NCBI GenBank assembly: GCA_964016885.1
Contig: OZ024741.1
Location: 373,302,001-373,366,000 of the forward strand
Length of the DNA stretch: 64,000 nt
From: Eledone cirrhosa
Taxonomy: Eukaryota
Direction: 5' to 3'
A program made the position numbers and the translations under genes. Numbering within the stretch: position 1 is the first letter of the stretch; each line of letters begins with the position of its first letter. The notes below the pieces were generated by a model that worked only from the letters and a program-made list of their open reading frames with translations, ran no database searches and was not told the origin of the DNA. Shown in pieces: positions 52,007 to 63,907 of this stretch.

Positions 52007-53865
52007 TCATCATCATCATCACTGTTTTACGTCCGTTCTTCCACGCTAGCATGGGTTAGACAGGTTGTCCTGTTGTGGGCAGTGTCCGGTCGGCTGACCA
52101 TGCCTTGCTCATATAGGAACTGATTCTGGCTTGATTTCTACAGCTGGATGCCCTTCCTAACACTAACCTCATTTACAGTGAGTGCTGGGTGCTTTTTTCC
52201 GTGGCTCCGACATGCCTACTTTACAGTGTGGGCTGGGTGCTTTTTTGCCGTGGCACCTCCACGACCACTTTGCAGTGGAATGATAGGGACCCTGGTGTGG
52301 AGTGTGGGGCATATTGTCTATATGCTTCAGCTTCGGCTTGTACCCATGTGGGGTCGAGTCTTCTGTATTACTGCACAATGCCAGAGGTCACGGTCGTGTG
52401 ACATTGCCTTTGAGAGGTGTAATTGGGTAAGGTCGGCTTTTATCACCTCATCCCAGGTCTTCTTGGGTCTCCCCACTCCGCGGTTTCCATCAACTTCTAG
52501 TGCTCTGTACCTTTTTATGCAACTGTCATCCTTCATACGCATGTCCATACCAATGCAACCTCCTCTCCTGCACACAGCATTTGATTCCTCTTATGCTCAG
52601 TCTCTCTCTCAATTGATTTATGCTTTGCCCTTCACGTATATTACTATTACACATCCATCGGAGCATGCAAGCTGCGTTTCTTTCTAATCTACGCAAATCT
52701 TCTACAGACAGCGCCCAGGTCTCACTACCATGTAACATTGCTGTTTGTATACATGCATCATATAGTCTGCCTTTCATTTTGAGGGAAAAGCCTTTTGCAG
52801 CTAGCAGTGGCAGTAGTTCCCTGAACTTCTTCCATCCCATTCTTACCCTAGTTATTGTACTTTCCGAACACCCACATCTGCTACTAATTCAGTCACCTAG
52901 GTAGCAGAAGCTGTCTACTGTTTCTACAGAGCCCTCCCAGAGTTTGGTGGTACTTGTTTCCTGTGGCTGTTTGCTGCTTGCTGTCCCAGCATAGCTGCTA
53001 CATGTGAAACCTACATTCTTAGTTAAGCTTCCTGAGATCCTGCTACATCTCTAGTGTACCCATTGTTTGCATTAAGGGCAGAGAATGGAGTTCCTACCTA
53101 CACTTTTCCTACATACTGAGCAAGGCCATTTCCCTGAGGGGATCTGGGTTCTGTTTTCTCATCTACTTACAAGGACCTTAGTCTTTGTCAGGTTGACCCT
53201 GAGACCCTTTCTCTCTAGTCCCTGCTTCCAAGTTTGGAATTTATTCTCTAGTTCTACCATAGATTCAGCTATAAGTGCAAGGTCATCTGCATACATGAGT
53301 TCCCATGGGCATCTGGTCTTAAACTCCTTTTTTCCTGCAGAACTATGATGAACAGGAGAGGGCTAAGAACAGAGCCCTGGTGGACACCGACCTGCACGCT
53401 AAATTCCTTGCTATAGTCATTGCTAATCCTAACTTTGCTGACTGCTCCCCTATACATGGCTTATACAGCTTTCACAAGCCATTCATCTACTCCTAGTTTT
53501 CTAAGAGCCCACCAGATTATAGCATGGGGAACTCTGTCAAAGGCTTTCTCGAGATCGATGAATGCCAGCTAGAGCAGCTTACCTTTAGCTAGGTACTTTT
53601 CCTGTAACTGCCTCACAAGAAAGAGGGAATCAGTGGTGCCTCTTCCTGGCACAAACCCAAATTGCATCTCATCAAGTTTCACCCAGTCCCTAATTAACTG
53701 TGCTATAACTCTTTCTGTTACTTTCATGACCTGGTCCATCAGCTTTAAACCTCTATAGTTTCCTCTATCTAGTGCATCACCTTTACCTTTGTAGCAGTTG
53801 ACAATGATGCTACTGCACCAATGCTTTGGTACGACACCTTCTAGTATTACCTGGTTAACAATAGG
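52007..53865 (-). mobile_element. RTE LINE, 5'-truncated and disrupted
   Basis: Minus-strand NYRGLKL, QFGFVP, FIDLEKAFD, GVHQGSVLSPLLF, YADD and LHGSETW; (GAT)n tail at 52007. Confidence 0.92.
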
Positions 53866-53868
53866 TGT

Positions 53869-53926
<58 letters not shown>

Positions 53927-54002
53927 ATATACTGGTGGCTTAGTTCAGATCTAACTGTTGAAACGGCTGGAACTCAGCCAACGGGGTTCTGAATATTTTC
54001 AT

Positions 54003-54345
54003 ATCATCATTATTTAACATCCATCTTTCACACTAGCATGAGTTGGGACGGTTTTGTCCCACTTGAGGCGAGATTGGTCGGGAGACCATGTCTCGCTTAT
54101 ATAGGACTGTTTCTGGCAGGTTTTCTACGGCTGGATGCCCTTCCTAACACCAACCACATTTACAGTGTGGACCGGGAGCCTTTTTACTGTGTCTCCTATA
54201 TGACCACTTTACAGTGTGGACTGGGTGCTTTTTGTCATTTCACCTACATGACCACTTTACATTTGACGGAAATGGGAGAATGGAGTAGGGGGTATTGGGT
54301 GGGTTAAGAAGACTGTAGGTTTAAGTCTGTATGCAAGGGAAGACT
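54003..54345 (-). mobile_element. RTE 3'UTR fragment
   Basis: Reverse complement of the 57730-58127-type UTR. Confidence 0.8.
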
Positions 54346-54679
54346 TGTGTGTATAGAATTATTATCCTCATTGAACATCCATTTTCTCTTCCAGCTAGCA
54401 AGGGTCATCATCATCATCATCATCATTTAATATCTGTTTTACCCCTGCTAATGTAGAAGATGGATGTTAAATGATGATGATGATGATGATGATGATGATG
54501 CCTGGGTTAGACAAATTGTCATGTACTGAGGCAAGACAGGTTAGGTGATCACATGTTGCTTGTACATTATGTTTTTGGTTTGGTTTTCTATGACTAGATG
54601 CCCTTCCTAACACCTTACCATATTGTTTAGGAGCATTTTCATCACTGGGGAGGCAATGACGGGAGTGGTATTGCAAAAT

Positions 54680-57600
54680 GGGACAAAAACAATGAAAGAA
54701 GACAAAGGCAATAAGAAAATGTCAATTTATATTTATACACCTTGAATGTAGGCACCTTAAAGGGTCGCTCTAACGAGGTTGTAGAAATGCTTGAACGTAA
54801 GGAGGTCGATGTTTGTTGTATTCAAGAGACCAGGTGGAGGGGTGGATCTGCTAGATACATTGTGGGTAGAAAACGATGCTATAAGCTTTTCTGGGTGGGA
54901 AACGACGATGGGATGGGTGGAGTAGGAATCATGGTAGCAGAAAAGTGGGCAGATAAGATAATAGACGTAAATAGAGTGAACGACAGAATAATTAAAATAA
55001 GACTTGTCCTCAATAGAACTACGGTGACAGTAATATCCGCTTACGCACCCCAATCCGGACTGCCCAGCACTATAAAAGACAGATTCTATGAGACACTGAT
55101 GCTCACTACCTCCCAAATAACCGACAGTGACTAAATAATTATTGCAGGCGACCTAAACGGTCACGTTGGACAACATTGTGACGGCTACGACGAAATCCAT
55201 GGAGGCTATGGGTTTGGTACTAGAAATGAGGAAGGCTCCAGAATCCTGGAATTCTGCGACGCAAATAACCTAACTATCTGCAACACTAACTTCAAAAAAC
55301 GAGACAATCACTTGATCACCTACAGATCAGGGGAACATACTAGCCAGGTAGATTATATCCTTACCAGAAGACGTGACAAAGTGACTGTCGTAAACACTAA
55401 ATCCCTCCCCCATGAAGAATGCACTTCCCAACATAGACTGATAATTAGCGACCTAATAGTCAGGACGAGACGTACTAGACAACAGAAGAGGACTATCCTC
55501 AGGAGAAAAATATGGAAGCTAAAGGACCCCACAGCCAAAAATAAATTCCAAAGCATATTACTTGATGCTTTCGACAGTGAGGAAGAGCAATTAGAGACGT
55601 ACAAGGTAGAGGAACAGTGGGAATTCCTGAAAGCAAACCTGCTGACGGCGGCAGACGAAGTCTGTGGCTGGAGCAGGCCTGTAGGCAGGAGGAGAGTAAC
55701 ATGGTGGTGGAACAGTAAGGTGGAGGGGTCAATTAAGGCCAAAAAGCAGGCTTGGAAAGTATGGTGGGATGGGGGAAGCAGAGAAGACTATCAAGTGGCC
55801 AGGAGGGAAGCTAGGAGACAAGTGTACTTCGCAAGAAGGGAAGCAGAGGAAAGAAAGTTCAAGCATGTTCTACAACGTGAGGACCAAAAACGTGAGGTGT
55901 TCAGGATTGCTAGGCAATGTGTCAAGGAAAACAGTGATATTGTCGGGGAGAAGTGTGTACTTAACGATGACGGCGTACTTGCCATCACCGACGCCGATAA
56001 GAAGGTAGCTTGGAAGTGTCACTATGAAAGGCTACTAAATGAGGAGAATAAATGGGAGAAAGACAGTCTCTCCCACATCGACCCAATAGAGGGACCAGCA
56101 GTGTTAGTCGAGGGTAGTATAATAAGTAAGGCAATCAAAGATATGAAGACAGGCAAGGCGGCTGGGCCTTCGGAAATAGTTGCCGAGATGCTGAAGGCAT
56201 CTGGTACGGTGGGACACACCATGGTCACCCGGATAGTCAACCAAGTCATACAGAATGGGGTTGTTCCGAAGGACTGGCGTAGCAGCATTATCGTTAACTG
56301 TTATAAGGGTAAAGGAGATGCCCTAGATAGGAGTAACTATAGAGGCATTAAATTAATGGACCAGGTCATGAAGGTCACGGAAAAAGTAATAGCGCAACTA
56401 ATCAGAGAGCGAATTGATCTAGATGAAATGCAGTTCGGGTTTGTGTCAGGAAAAAGTACCACAGACGCTCTTTTCATTGTACGACAACTACAGGAGAAGT
56501 ACCTAGCTAAAAGTAAACCCCTATACTTAGCTTTTGTCGACTTGGAGAAGGCCTTCGACAGAGTCCTCCGTTCCATTATCTGGTGGGCTCTTAGAAAACT
56601 AGGTGTTGATGAATGGCTTGTGAGAGCTATACAAGCCATGTATAAAGAAACAGTCAGCAAGGTTAGAATTAACAACGAATATAGTGAAGAGTTTAGTGTA
56701 AAAGTTGGTGTTCATCAGGGCTCCGTCCTTAGACCCTCCTATTTATTATTGCCCTTCAGGCTATAAGAACTCCTATACGCAGATGATCTAACGCTCATAG
56801 CTGAATCAATGGCCGAGCTAGAGAAGAAATTCCAAACATGGAAGCACGGCCTAGAATCAAAAGGCCTTAAAATTAACCTGGCTAAGACTAAAGTTCTAGT
56901 TTGTAAGAAAGAAAATAAGGCGGCGGTCCCCTCCAGGAAGTGGCCATGCGCAGAGTGTAGGAAAGGCGTAGGTAGAAATTCCATTTTGTGTCCCAAATGC
57001 AAAGTTTGGGTGCATAAAAGATGTAGTGGGATCACAGGTAAGCTAACTAAGAACATAGATTTTACATGTGGCCGGTGTTCTGGGGCAATAAGTAGCAGCA
57101 AGTGCCCACAAAATACTAGCTCTTTCAACTGCGCAGAGGGTTCTATAGAAATAGTGGACAGCTTCCGTTACCTGGGTGACAAAATCAGCAGTGGGGGTGG
57201 GTGCTCTGAAAGTACAGTAGCTAGAGTCAGAACTGGGTGGAAAAAGTTCAGAGAGCTTATATCACTATTAGCCGCTAAAGGGTTCTCCCTAAAAATGAAA
57301 GGCAGGCTGTACGATGCCTGCATACGAACAGCAATGTTGCATGGCAGTGAGACCTGGGCATTGTGTGCAGAGGATATACGCAGACTAGAGAGAAACGAAG
57401 CTTGCATGCTCCGCTGGATGTGTAATAGTAATATACGTGAACGACAAAGCATAAACGAACTAAGGAAAAAATTAGAAATAAGAGGGATCAGATGTTGTTT
57501 ACTAGAGAGAAGGCTACGTTGGTATGGTCACGTGATGCGCATGAAGGATGATAGCTGTATAACAAAGTGCAGGGCAATAAAGATAGACGGTAGCCACGGA

Positions 57601-58127
57601 ATAGGCAGACCCAAAAAAACCTGGGACGAGCTGATAAACTCCGACCTCACACACTTACACCTCACCAAGACAATGTCACTGGACCGAGACCTTTGGCGGT
57701 ACTCAGTAATAGAGAAGACCCGCCTTACCTAAATACAAAGTAAAACCTACTACAGTCAGTAGGCATCTCTAACAAAATACACCCCGTCCCACCACACCCA
57801 CCCCATCCACACCGCCCCCTTCTATGTAAAGTTATGTTGGTGCCACACCATCCAGGCCGAAACAAATGAGATCGTATAGGTGTCACGACAAAAAAACACA
57901 CAGTCCACGCTGTAATGTGGCCGTGTAGGCAACACGGTAAAAACCTCCCAGACCCACACTGTAAATGTGGTTGGTGTTAGGAAGGGCATCCAACTGTAGA
58001 AAACCTGCCAGACAGTCCTATGCGAGCAAGACAATCACTCTTGCCTCAAGTGGGAAAACTTCCGTCCAAACCCATGCAAGCGTGGAACACGGACGTTAAA
58101 CGTTGATGATGATGATGATGATGATGA
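54680..58127 (+). mobile_element. Near full-length RTE LINE (APE + RT + PHD-type finger), inactivated
   Basis: NVGTL...CIQETRW...SAYAPQ...GDLNGHVG...QVDYIL...TSQHRL, RT motifs and YADD; stop at 55132-55134 and frameshift/deletion near 56735-56770; about 390-nt UTR and (GAT)n tail. Confidence 0.95.
54742..57732 (+). pseudogene. RTE ORF2 (endonuclease/reverse transcriptase), split into three ORFs
   Basis: ORFs 54742-55134, 55312-56766 and 56809-57732 are colinear parts of one protein. Confidence 0.92.
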
Positions 58128-58174
58128 CACATGTATGTATGTGAGTATGATCAGATCAGTGACAATATATATAT

Positions 58175-58365
58175 ATAAAAGAGTTTGGATCCCAATGGCT
58201 GAGCTCTTGTCATTTCAACAGCTAATTCCAAACTAGCTTTTGAAATGGCAAGAGCTCAGCCATTGGGGTCCACACTCTTTCATATTACCACACTCTATAA
58301 CCCGAAGTATTGAGTACTCAGGTGAGTAATGGTCTAACTGGTTTTCACTGCATCCATTTTGATTT
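58175..58365. repeat. Fold-back palindromic mini-element (family X)
   Basis: aatggctgagctcttgtcatttcaacagcta-attccaaac-tagcttttgaaatggcaagagctcagccatt; same tail as 51812-52003. Confidence 0.8.
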
Positions 58366-58811
58366 TTTATATATATACAAAGGAAAAAACATTATAGTAA
58401 TCATGGATAATGTTATCAAATGATTATTGTCATCAAAATTTATCAATTCAAAACTATTTTAAATGAATTAAAGATTATAAGCTTATCAGAATCAAAGATC
58501 TGGAAATTGTTATCAAAACTTTAAAGCAAACTGAATACATTATTCATTCATTCACCACTACAGCCACAGCTACTACTACTGCCATCACTACCATTACTAC
58601 TACTACTACTACTGCCACCACCACTACTACTGCTACTACTCTATTGCCTGTCATCACTAAGGAGATAGAGGCAAGATCAAAGCAACAGTCACGCTAACTA
58701 CAGAGACTTGAGAGGTGTATGATGATGGGATTACTGTGTGTGTGTGTGTGTGTGTATGTGTGTGTGTGTGCATGCACATGCCCACACACAAACACACATT
58801 CACATAAATAC

Positions 58812-58946
58812 GTATTCATTTTATTATAGAAATTACTTCTACAGGACTATAACTGTTTCACTCATAATAAATCATCAGATGATTGATTTCTCATAAATAA
58901 AACAGTTCTAGACTTGTAGAAGTCATTTCTGTAATAAAATGAATAT
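58812..58946. repeat. Fold-back palindrome with a hammerhead-like core (family Y)
   Basis: tattcattttattatagaaattacttctacagg...cttgtagaagtcatttctgtaataaaatgaata; minus strand has CTGATGA...GAAAcagttaTA. Confidence 0.75.
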
Positions 58947-59339
58947 ACTTATACTCTACTAATCTATTGAATGCTTTTTTTTAACAGTGGTCATCTCCCA
59001 ATTTACATCAGCATCCTACAAATTATATATATATTTAATATATTTATAACAGTTTTGATTTTAAAATTAGGGAGTGTAGGTTACAAGGATAATATCATTA
59101 AAAAAATACATGGGACATATAAAGGAAAACATGGAAGAGACAAATACGTGGACAATTCCTGCTTATTAGCTGTTGATATATATATATATATATATGAGTA
59201 TGTGTGTAATAGCGGTGGAGGAGGAGGAGAAGAAAGAAAGAATATAGGACCCTAATACAACTAGGGAAATAGCCATGCTTGATATGTAGAAAACATTTAT
59301 TATATATAGAAATTCCATACAGAGTACTCAGTATGTACT

Positions 59340-60457
59340 CTTCTTCTTCACCCACTTATTCCTGAGAGGGTTATGGGGGCAGTGTCCTCAAACACTTATT
59401 CCAGTGGGTTCTGTCAGAAGCAACTGTCTCAAACTGATCCGGTTGGATCCCCAAGCGAGACCAGCAAAGTTCATGGATGTTATCCAACCATCTTGCTCAG
59501 GGTCTACACCTGGGTCTCTTGCCGGTTGGTTTTGCAATTTTTTCCCTCCGAGACATTCTAACCATATGCCCATAGTATGGGAGCTGTTATCTCTCAATTT
59601 GGAGAAGTAGTGGCTCTAGATGGAGTGAATCTCCAAGCTAACTACTCTATTGAGTAATGTTACTCCAAAGACGCTTCAGAAGAATCCCATTTCAGCCGCT
59701 TGTATTCGCAATCATATTTTTTCAGTCATTACTCAAGATTCATGACCATAGGTAGGTCTTCGAGAAATCATGGGAGTATTACCAAAATGTATATTCTTGT
59801 TTTGTAGACCTTGAAAGGCATATGACAGCATTCCTCAGGACCTGCTGTGGAAGTAGTATGGAATTGATGTCAGCTTCTTGTTACCTTGATATCTCTATAT
59901 GAATGCCCAGGTATTTGTGTTTGGATAAATGGTGCTAATTCTAAACCATTCAATGTGGCAGTTGGAATCTGCCATGGGTACATACTGTCACCTCTCCTAT
60001 TCATTATTTTCATGAACAGGATTAACATACGCACCCATGTTGGAAGTGGTATCATGACTGGCAGGTGTAAAATCAGTCGGTTAGAATTTGCAGATGACAT
60101 GGTGTTACTTAACTCAACAGAAGGTGACCTCCAACTTGTACTCGATAGGTTTGATGCCAAGTGCTGCATGGCTGGAATGAAAATCAGTGCTGTGAAAACT
60201 GAGACACTTGTCCTTTCAAGGAAGCCTGTGCAGTGCACACTACATGTTAATGGGGTTCTACTGAAGCAGGTAGAGAAGTTCAAGTATCTCAGGGCCATGT
60301 TCACAAGTCATGGAAGGCAGGAAGCTGAATTAAGTGCAAGAATTGTAGGAGCTGGTGCAGTGATGCACCAGATTCAGCATTCAGTAATCAAAAGAAGGGA
60401 TGTAGGTGTAAAAGCCAAACTCGCTGTCTTCAATTTGGTATTTGTGCCTACCATTAC
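59340..60457 (-). mobile_element. RTE-clade LINE (second family) with a 5' inversion
   Basis: 59340-59753 is the 3' end on the minus strand (TYGHES...QAAEM..., (GAA)n tail). 59754-60457 is the preceding RT segment on the plus strand (FVDLE, LSPLLF, FADD, FKYL, ...FVPTI). Confidence 0.85.
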
Positions 60458-60504
60458 CAGTATGAACCTTTGTATCCTAATGAGCTAACCCTTAAAGCAG
60501 AATA

Positions 60505-60830
60505 CAGTTGTCCCCTGGTATTTGTGGGGGTTAATTCCTAGAGCACCTGCAAAGAGTGAAAAACCGCGAATATTGGACGTGGTCCATAAAAATGCATATA
60601 AACAGCAAAATATAATGTAAAATATAGCCCGGCAAATACAATATATTGTTATTAATAATTTAGCATTAAAAAGCATGAAAAAATCTATATTGCCACGAAT
60701 AAGCCACAAAAAAATCAAGAAAGATATTTACGATTCTGCGAATATGTGGTGGTTTCCCTGAGCAATTATTAGTTAGGTTCTAAGGGAAATTCCGCATATA
60801 ACTGGGAGGGTGAATGCTGGGGGTACACTG
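60505..60830. mobile_element. Tigger/pogo-type MITE
   Basis: TA-cagttgtcccctggtatt...aatgctgggggtacactg-TA. Confidence 0.75.
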
Positions 60831-61103
60831 TACATTTATAGTAAAAACTTATGAATAACAGAGAAAACTGGTTAAAGTTTGTACTGTTGATGACAAATAG
60901 CAATTAACATAATAATAATATAATGACAGCGATGAATTTGTTTTGCTAGGTATTTGATATGAAATCGTGTGTCGAAACAAATATTGTTATATTTGGGGAG
61001 GGTCATATTGTTGTAATAATATTGCCAGAAATAATAACAGAACACACTCACTATTTGGTTGGTTTTTGCTTCGGCATCTTTTATATCTCCATAGTTAATT
61101 CAT

Positions 61104-61955
61104 TTGGCAATGTCCAGTAGTGCTAAGTTTAATATTCTGATTGCAGACTTGGTACAAGTGATGAAGAACGTGTCCCGCATCTGCGACCCAACAGAAATGG
61201 AAAGACACATCCAACACTTCATCAACCGCATGCAGTTCTCTGGCTACAACCAAAGAGACAGAATCAGAATATACGAAGGAGCCACGGAGAAGTATAAGAC
61301 CCTCATAGAACTGGACATGAAAAAAATTTGCCCATTATACAGGAGCAAATCATGGAATAGCTTAGATAGGGCTAGGCATAAGATAGGGAAAGCCACCTCA
61401 TGGTACGACAACCAGAGATACCAGAGTGTCAAGTTTGTGGATGCTATCCCTGGAGGGAAATTAGCTAACCAATGTAGAAAGGCCCTAAAAAAGACCCACT
61501 TAAAGATTAAAGTGGTAGAAAAGCCAGGAACTACCATAAAATCCCTGATCAGCAAAACATACCCTTTTAAGAAAACCCACTGTACTAATAAGAAATGTGT
61601 TATATGTAAAGTAAACCCCCAGATAAACTGTAAAACTAGAAACGTAGTCTATAGCATAAGATGTACAGAGGATACTTGCAGAAACATGACAACAACATAC
61701 ATAGGAGAGACAGCTCGTAGCATAGGTGAAAGTATAGACCAACACTGGGGGGAACTAAAAGGCCGAAAAAACGGTTCAGTACTATACGAACACGCCAGAC
61801 AACAACATGACGGTAACATAGACAACACAGAAATTAAAATAATATCTAAACATAGAAATGATCCAGCAGGTAGGCAAATCAGAGAGGCCAGCGAAATAGA
61901 GCTTAGAAGGCCAAAGCTAAACAGAAAAAATGAATGGAATAACAACAACACCTAA
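61104..61955 (+). CDS. Penelope-like RT thumb plus GIY-YIG endonuclease with CCHH zinc finger (truncated, 283 aa)
   Basis: RMQFSGY, CTNKKCVIC linker, CKTRNVVYSIRC...C...YIGETARS...H...LYEH...H...RQIREA...PKLN. Confidence 0.85.
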   Translation: MAMSSSAKFNILIADLVQVMKNVSRICDPTEMERHIQHFINRMQFSGYNQRDRIRIYEGATEKYKTLIELDMKKICPLYRSKSWNSLDRARHKIGKATSWYDNQRYQSVKFVDAIPGGKLANQCRKALKKTHLKIKVVEKPGTTIKSLISKTYPFKKTHCTNKKCVICKVNPQINCKTRNVVYSIRCTEDTCRNMTTTYIGETARSIGESIDQHWGELKGRKNGSVLYEHARQQHDGNIDNTEIKIISKHRNDPAGRQIREASEIELRRPKLNRKNEWNNNNT

Positions 61956-62221
61956 ACAAACAATACTGACTTAAATAAATAAATATATACACAAGCACAA
62001 TAACAACAAACACATATAAACACACACTAATAAACTAAGATAGAATACAATAACCAAAACACATACACCCAAACGCGAACACATACACCAAATACTATAC
62101 ACACATGCAAACGCATGCGCAGAGATGGAGACAAAAATAAATAAATAAATAAATAGATAAAATAAAAATGGTGTAGACATTACAATACATACAATACAGC
62201 AGGGGAAACATGATAATGGTA

Positions 62222-62265
62222 CCACTGATGATGTTGCAGATGTGCAACGAAAGAACTTTATTAGA
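62222..62265 (+). ncRNA. Degenerate hammerhead motif
   Basis: CTGATGA t-gttgca-gatg-tgcaac GAAA gaactt TA; helix I poorly paired. Confidence 0.5.
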
Positions 62266-62610
62266 CTATTTGTATCTGTATTTCTGACCGTTGGTCAGTC
62301 AGTGATAAACATTGATGACCAAATGAATTAACTTTGGAGATATAAAAAATGCAGAAGCAAAAACCAACCAAACAGTGAGTGTGTTCTGTTATTATTTCTG
62401 GCAATATTATTACAACAATATAACAATAATATTATAAATTGTACATACTGCTTGTGTGTATTTTCATCTTTATATTCTCTCTCCCTTCATAGTCAGCCTA
62501 TGAACATTTAAGCTAATCCTTATATGTGTGAGTATATATATATTCGGATCTAGCTGTCAAAATGGCCAGAGCTCAGCCGTAGGGATCCTGAATCTTTTCC
62601 TTATATATAT

Positions 62611-62850
62611 ATATTAATTCAAAATATTAACAAAAATAGACATTCGTGTGATCAACTATATTTTATGATACATATTTCAGAGGTACTGAGCTATCTTCAA
62701 CAGTACGTCCTCATCAGATAAAATAAGATGATGCATGACATACCCTGAGAGGACGTACTGTTGAAGATAGCTCAGTACCTCTGAAATATGTATAATAACA
62801 TATATTTGATCACACGAATGTCTATTTTTGTTAATATTTTGAATTAATAT
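62611..62850. repeat. Fold-back palindrome (about 100-bp arms) derived from a Penelope pLTR
   Basis: 62611-62712 mirrors 62748-62850; (TA)n flank on the left. Confidence 0.85.
62659..62725 (-). ncRNA. Minimal type I hammerhead ribozyme
   Basis: Reverse complement: tattttat CTGATGA ggacgtactg...cagtacctct GAAA tatgta TC ataaaata (8-bp helix I). Confidence 0.8.
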
Positions 62851-62932
62851 TAATAACTCCGGAAAACCATTACTGTGGAGTGCTTCTAATCTATTGTAAA
62901 ACTTTATTCTTTGAACCTTGTTTAACCTTTAA

Positions 62933-62964
<32 letters not shown>

Positions 62965-62967
62965 GGA

Positions 62968-63027
<60 letters not shown>

Positions 63028-63676
63028 CTATTGTTTAGAGAGTTTTCTTACCACTTGTTAATTATCACACTGCACACACACACGCAAGCACATACACACA
63101 TACACACACACACACACAACGATATTAATATGCAACAAGGTGCTCAATACGTTTTAAAAACAGAGTACACACATTTGTTTATTCAAATATCAACCTTACA
63201 TTATTTCAAGTATTTCAACTTCATAGGTCACACTGATATAAAAATATTGCACATTGTTTAAGTAAATAGAATCATAAAAAACACAAAAACCAAAGCAATC
63301 GAACAGAAGTATGTATAAAAAACAAATACTTGAGAAATAATATAAAGTGCTTTTGTATAATGGGTTTACCAACTTTACTATATAACTAAGCCAAATATTG
63401 ATTTTATTAGGATGAAATAAATATCTAGTGAAAATGCCAAAAATAGGAAGAGGTTAGAAAGGATTCAGATAAAGAAGGAAGAAAAGATAGAAAGAATGAA
63501 GAAGAAGGGCTCATGTGTCACCTGACTTAACTAAACTAAGGTTAGAATATTTAACAACATCAAGCATTTTAACCCTTTTGGTATCAACCCAGCTGAAACA
63601 GCCCCGGATTTGATAAAACAATTTATTTTAATATATTCATACTTAAATTAAAACGTTCTATCATAATTTTGTTTAA

Positions 63677-63907
63677 CCTTTTAGAATTTAAACCGGACAT
63701 ATCTGGCCAGAATTCTCTCACCTAGCTTCTGTTCAGACCGGCCATAGCTGGCTGCTCTTACTGGCATTAAGATAGTGTTCTCAAATAAATAACATCAACA
63801 TCTTGTAGATTCGATATTATGTGCAATAATTATGTAAGATAAAGTCTTTAACACAAAAATACAATTGTATATATATATAAATATAGAGTAATGTAAATGC
63901 TAAAAGG
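63677..63907. mobile_element. piggyBac-type MITE (family 1) nested in a family-2 TTAA MITE starting near 63570
   Basis: TTAA at 63673-63676 and 63908-63911; TIR ccttttagaattt / aaatgctaaaagg; the host MITE sequence resumes afterwards. Confidence 0.8.

Larger units (their letters stand above)
61004..62421 (+). mobile_element. Penelope-like element (Naiad-like), 5'-truncated, with about 105-bp inverted terminal repeats
   Basis: 61004-61108 is the reverse complement of 62319-62421; GIY-YIG ORF; hammerhead-like core at 62226. Confidence 0.85.

Noticed and set aside
61955-62330. SECIS element or selenoprotein recoding in the Naiad-like element
   Set aside because: No in-frame TGA in the retained ORF and no clear SECIS stem seen
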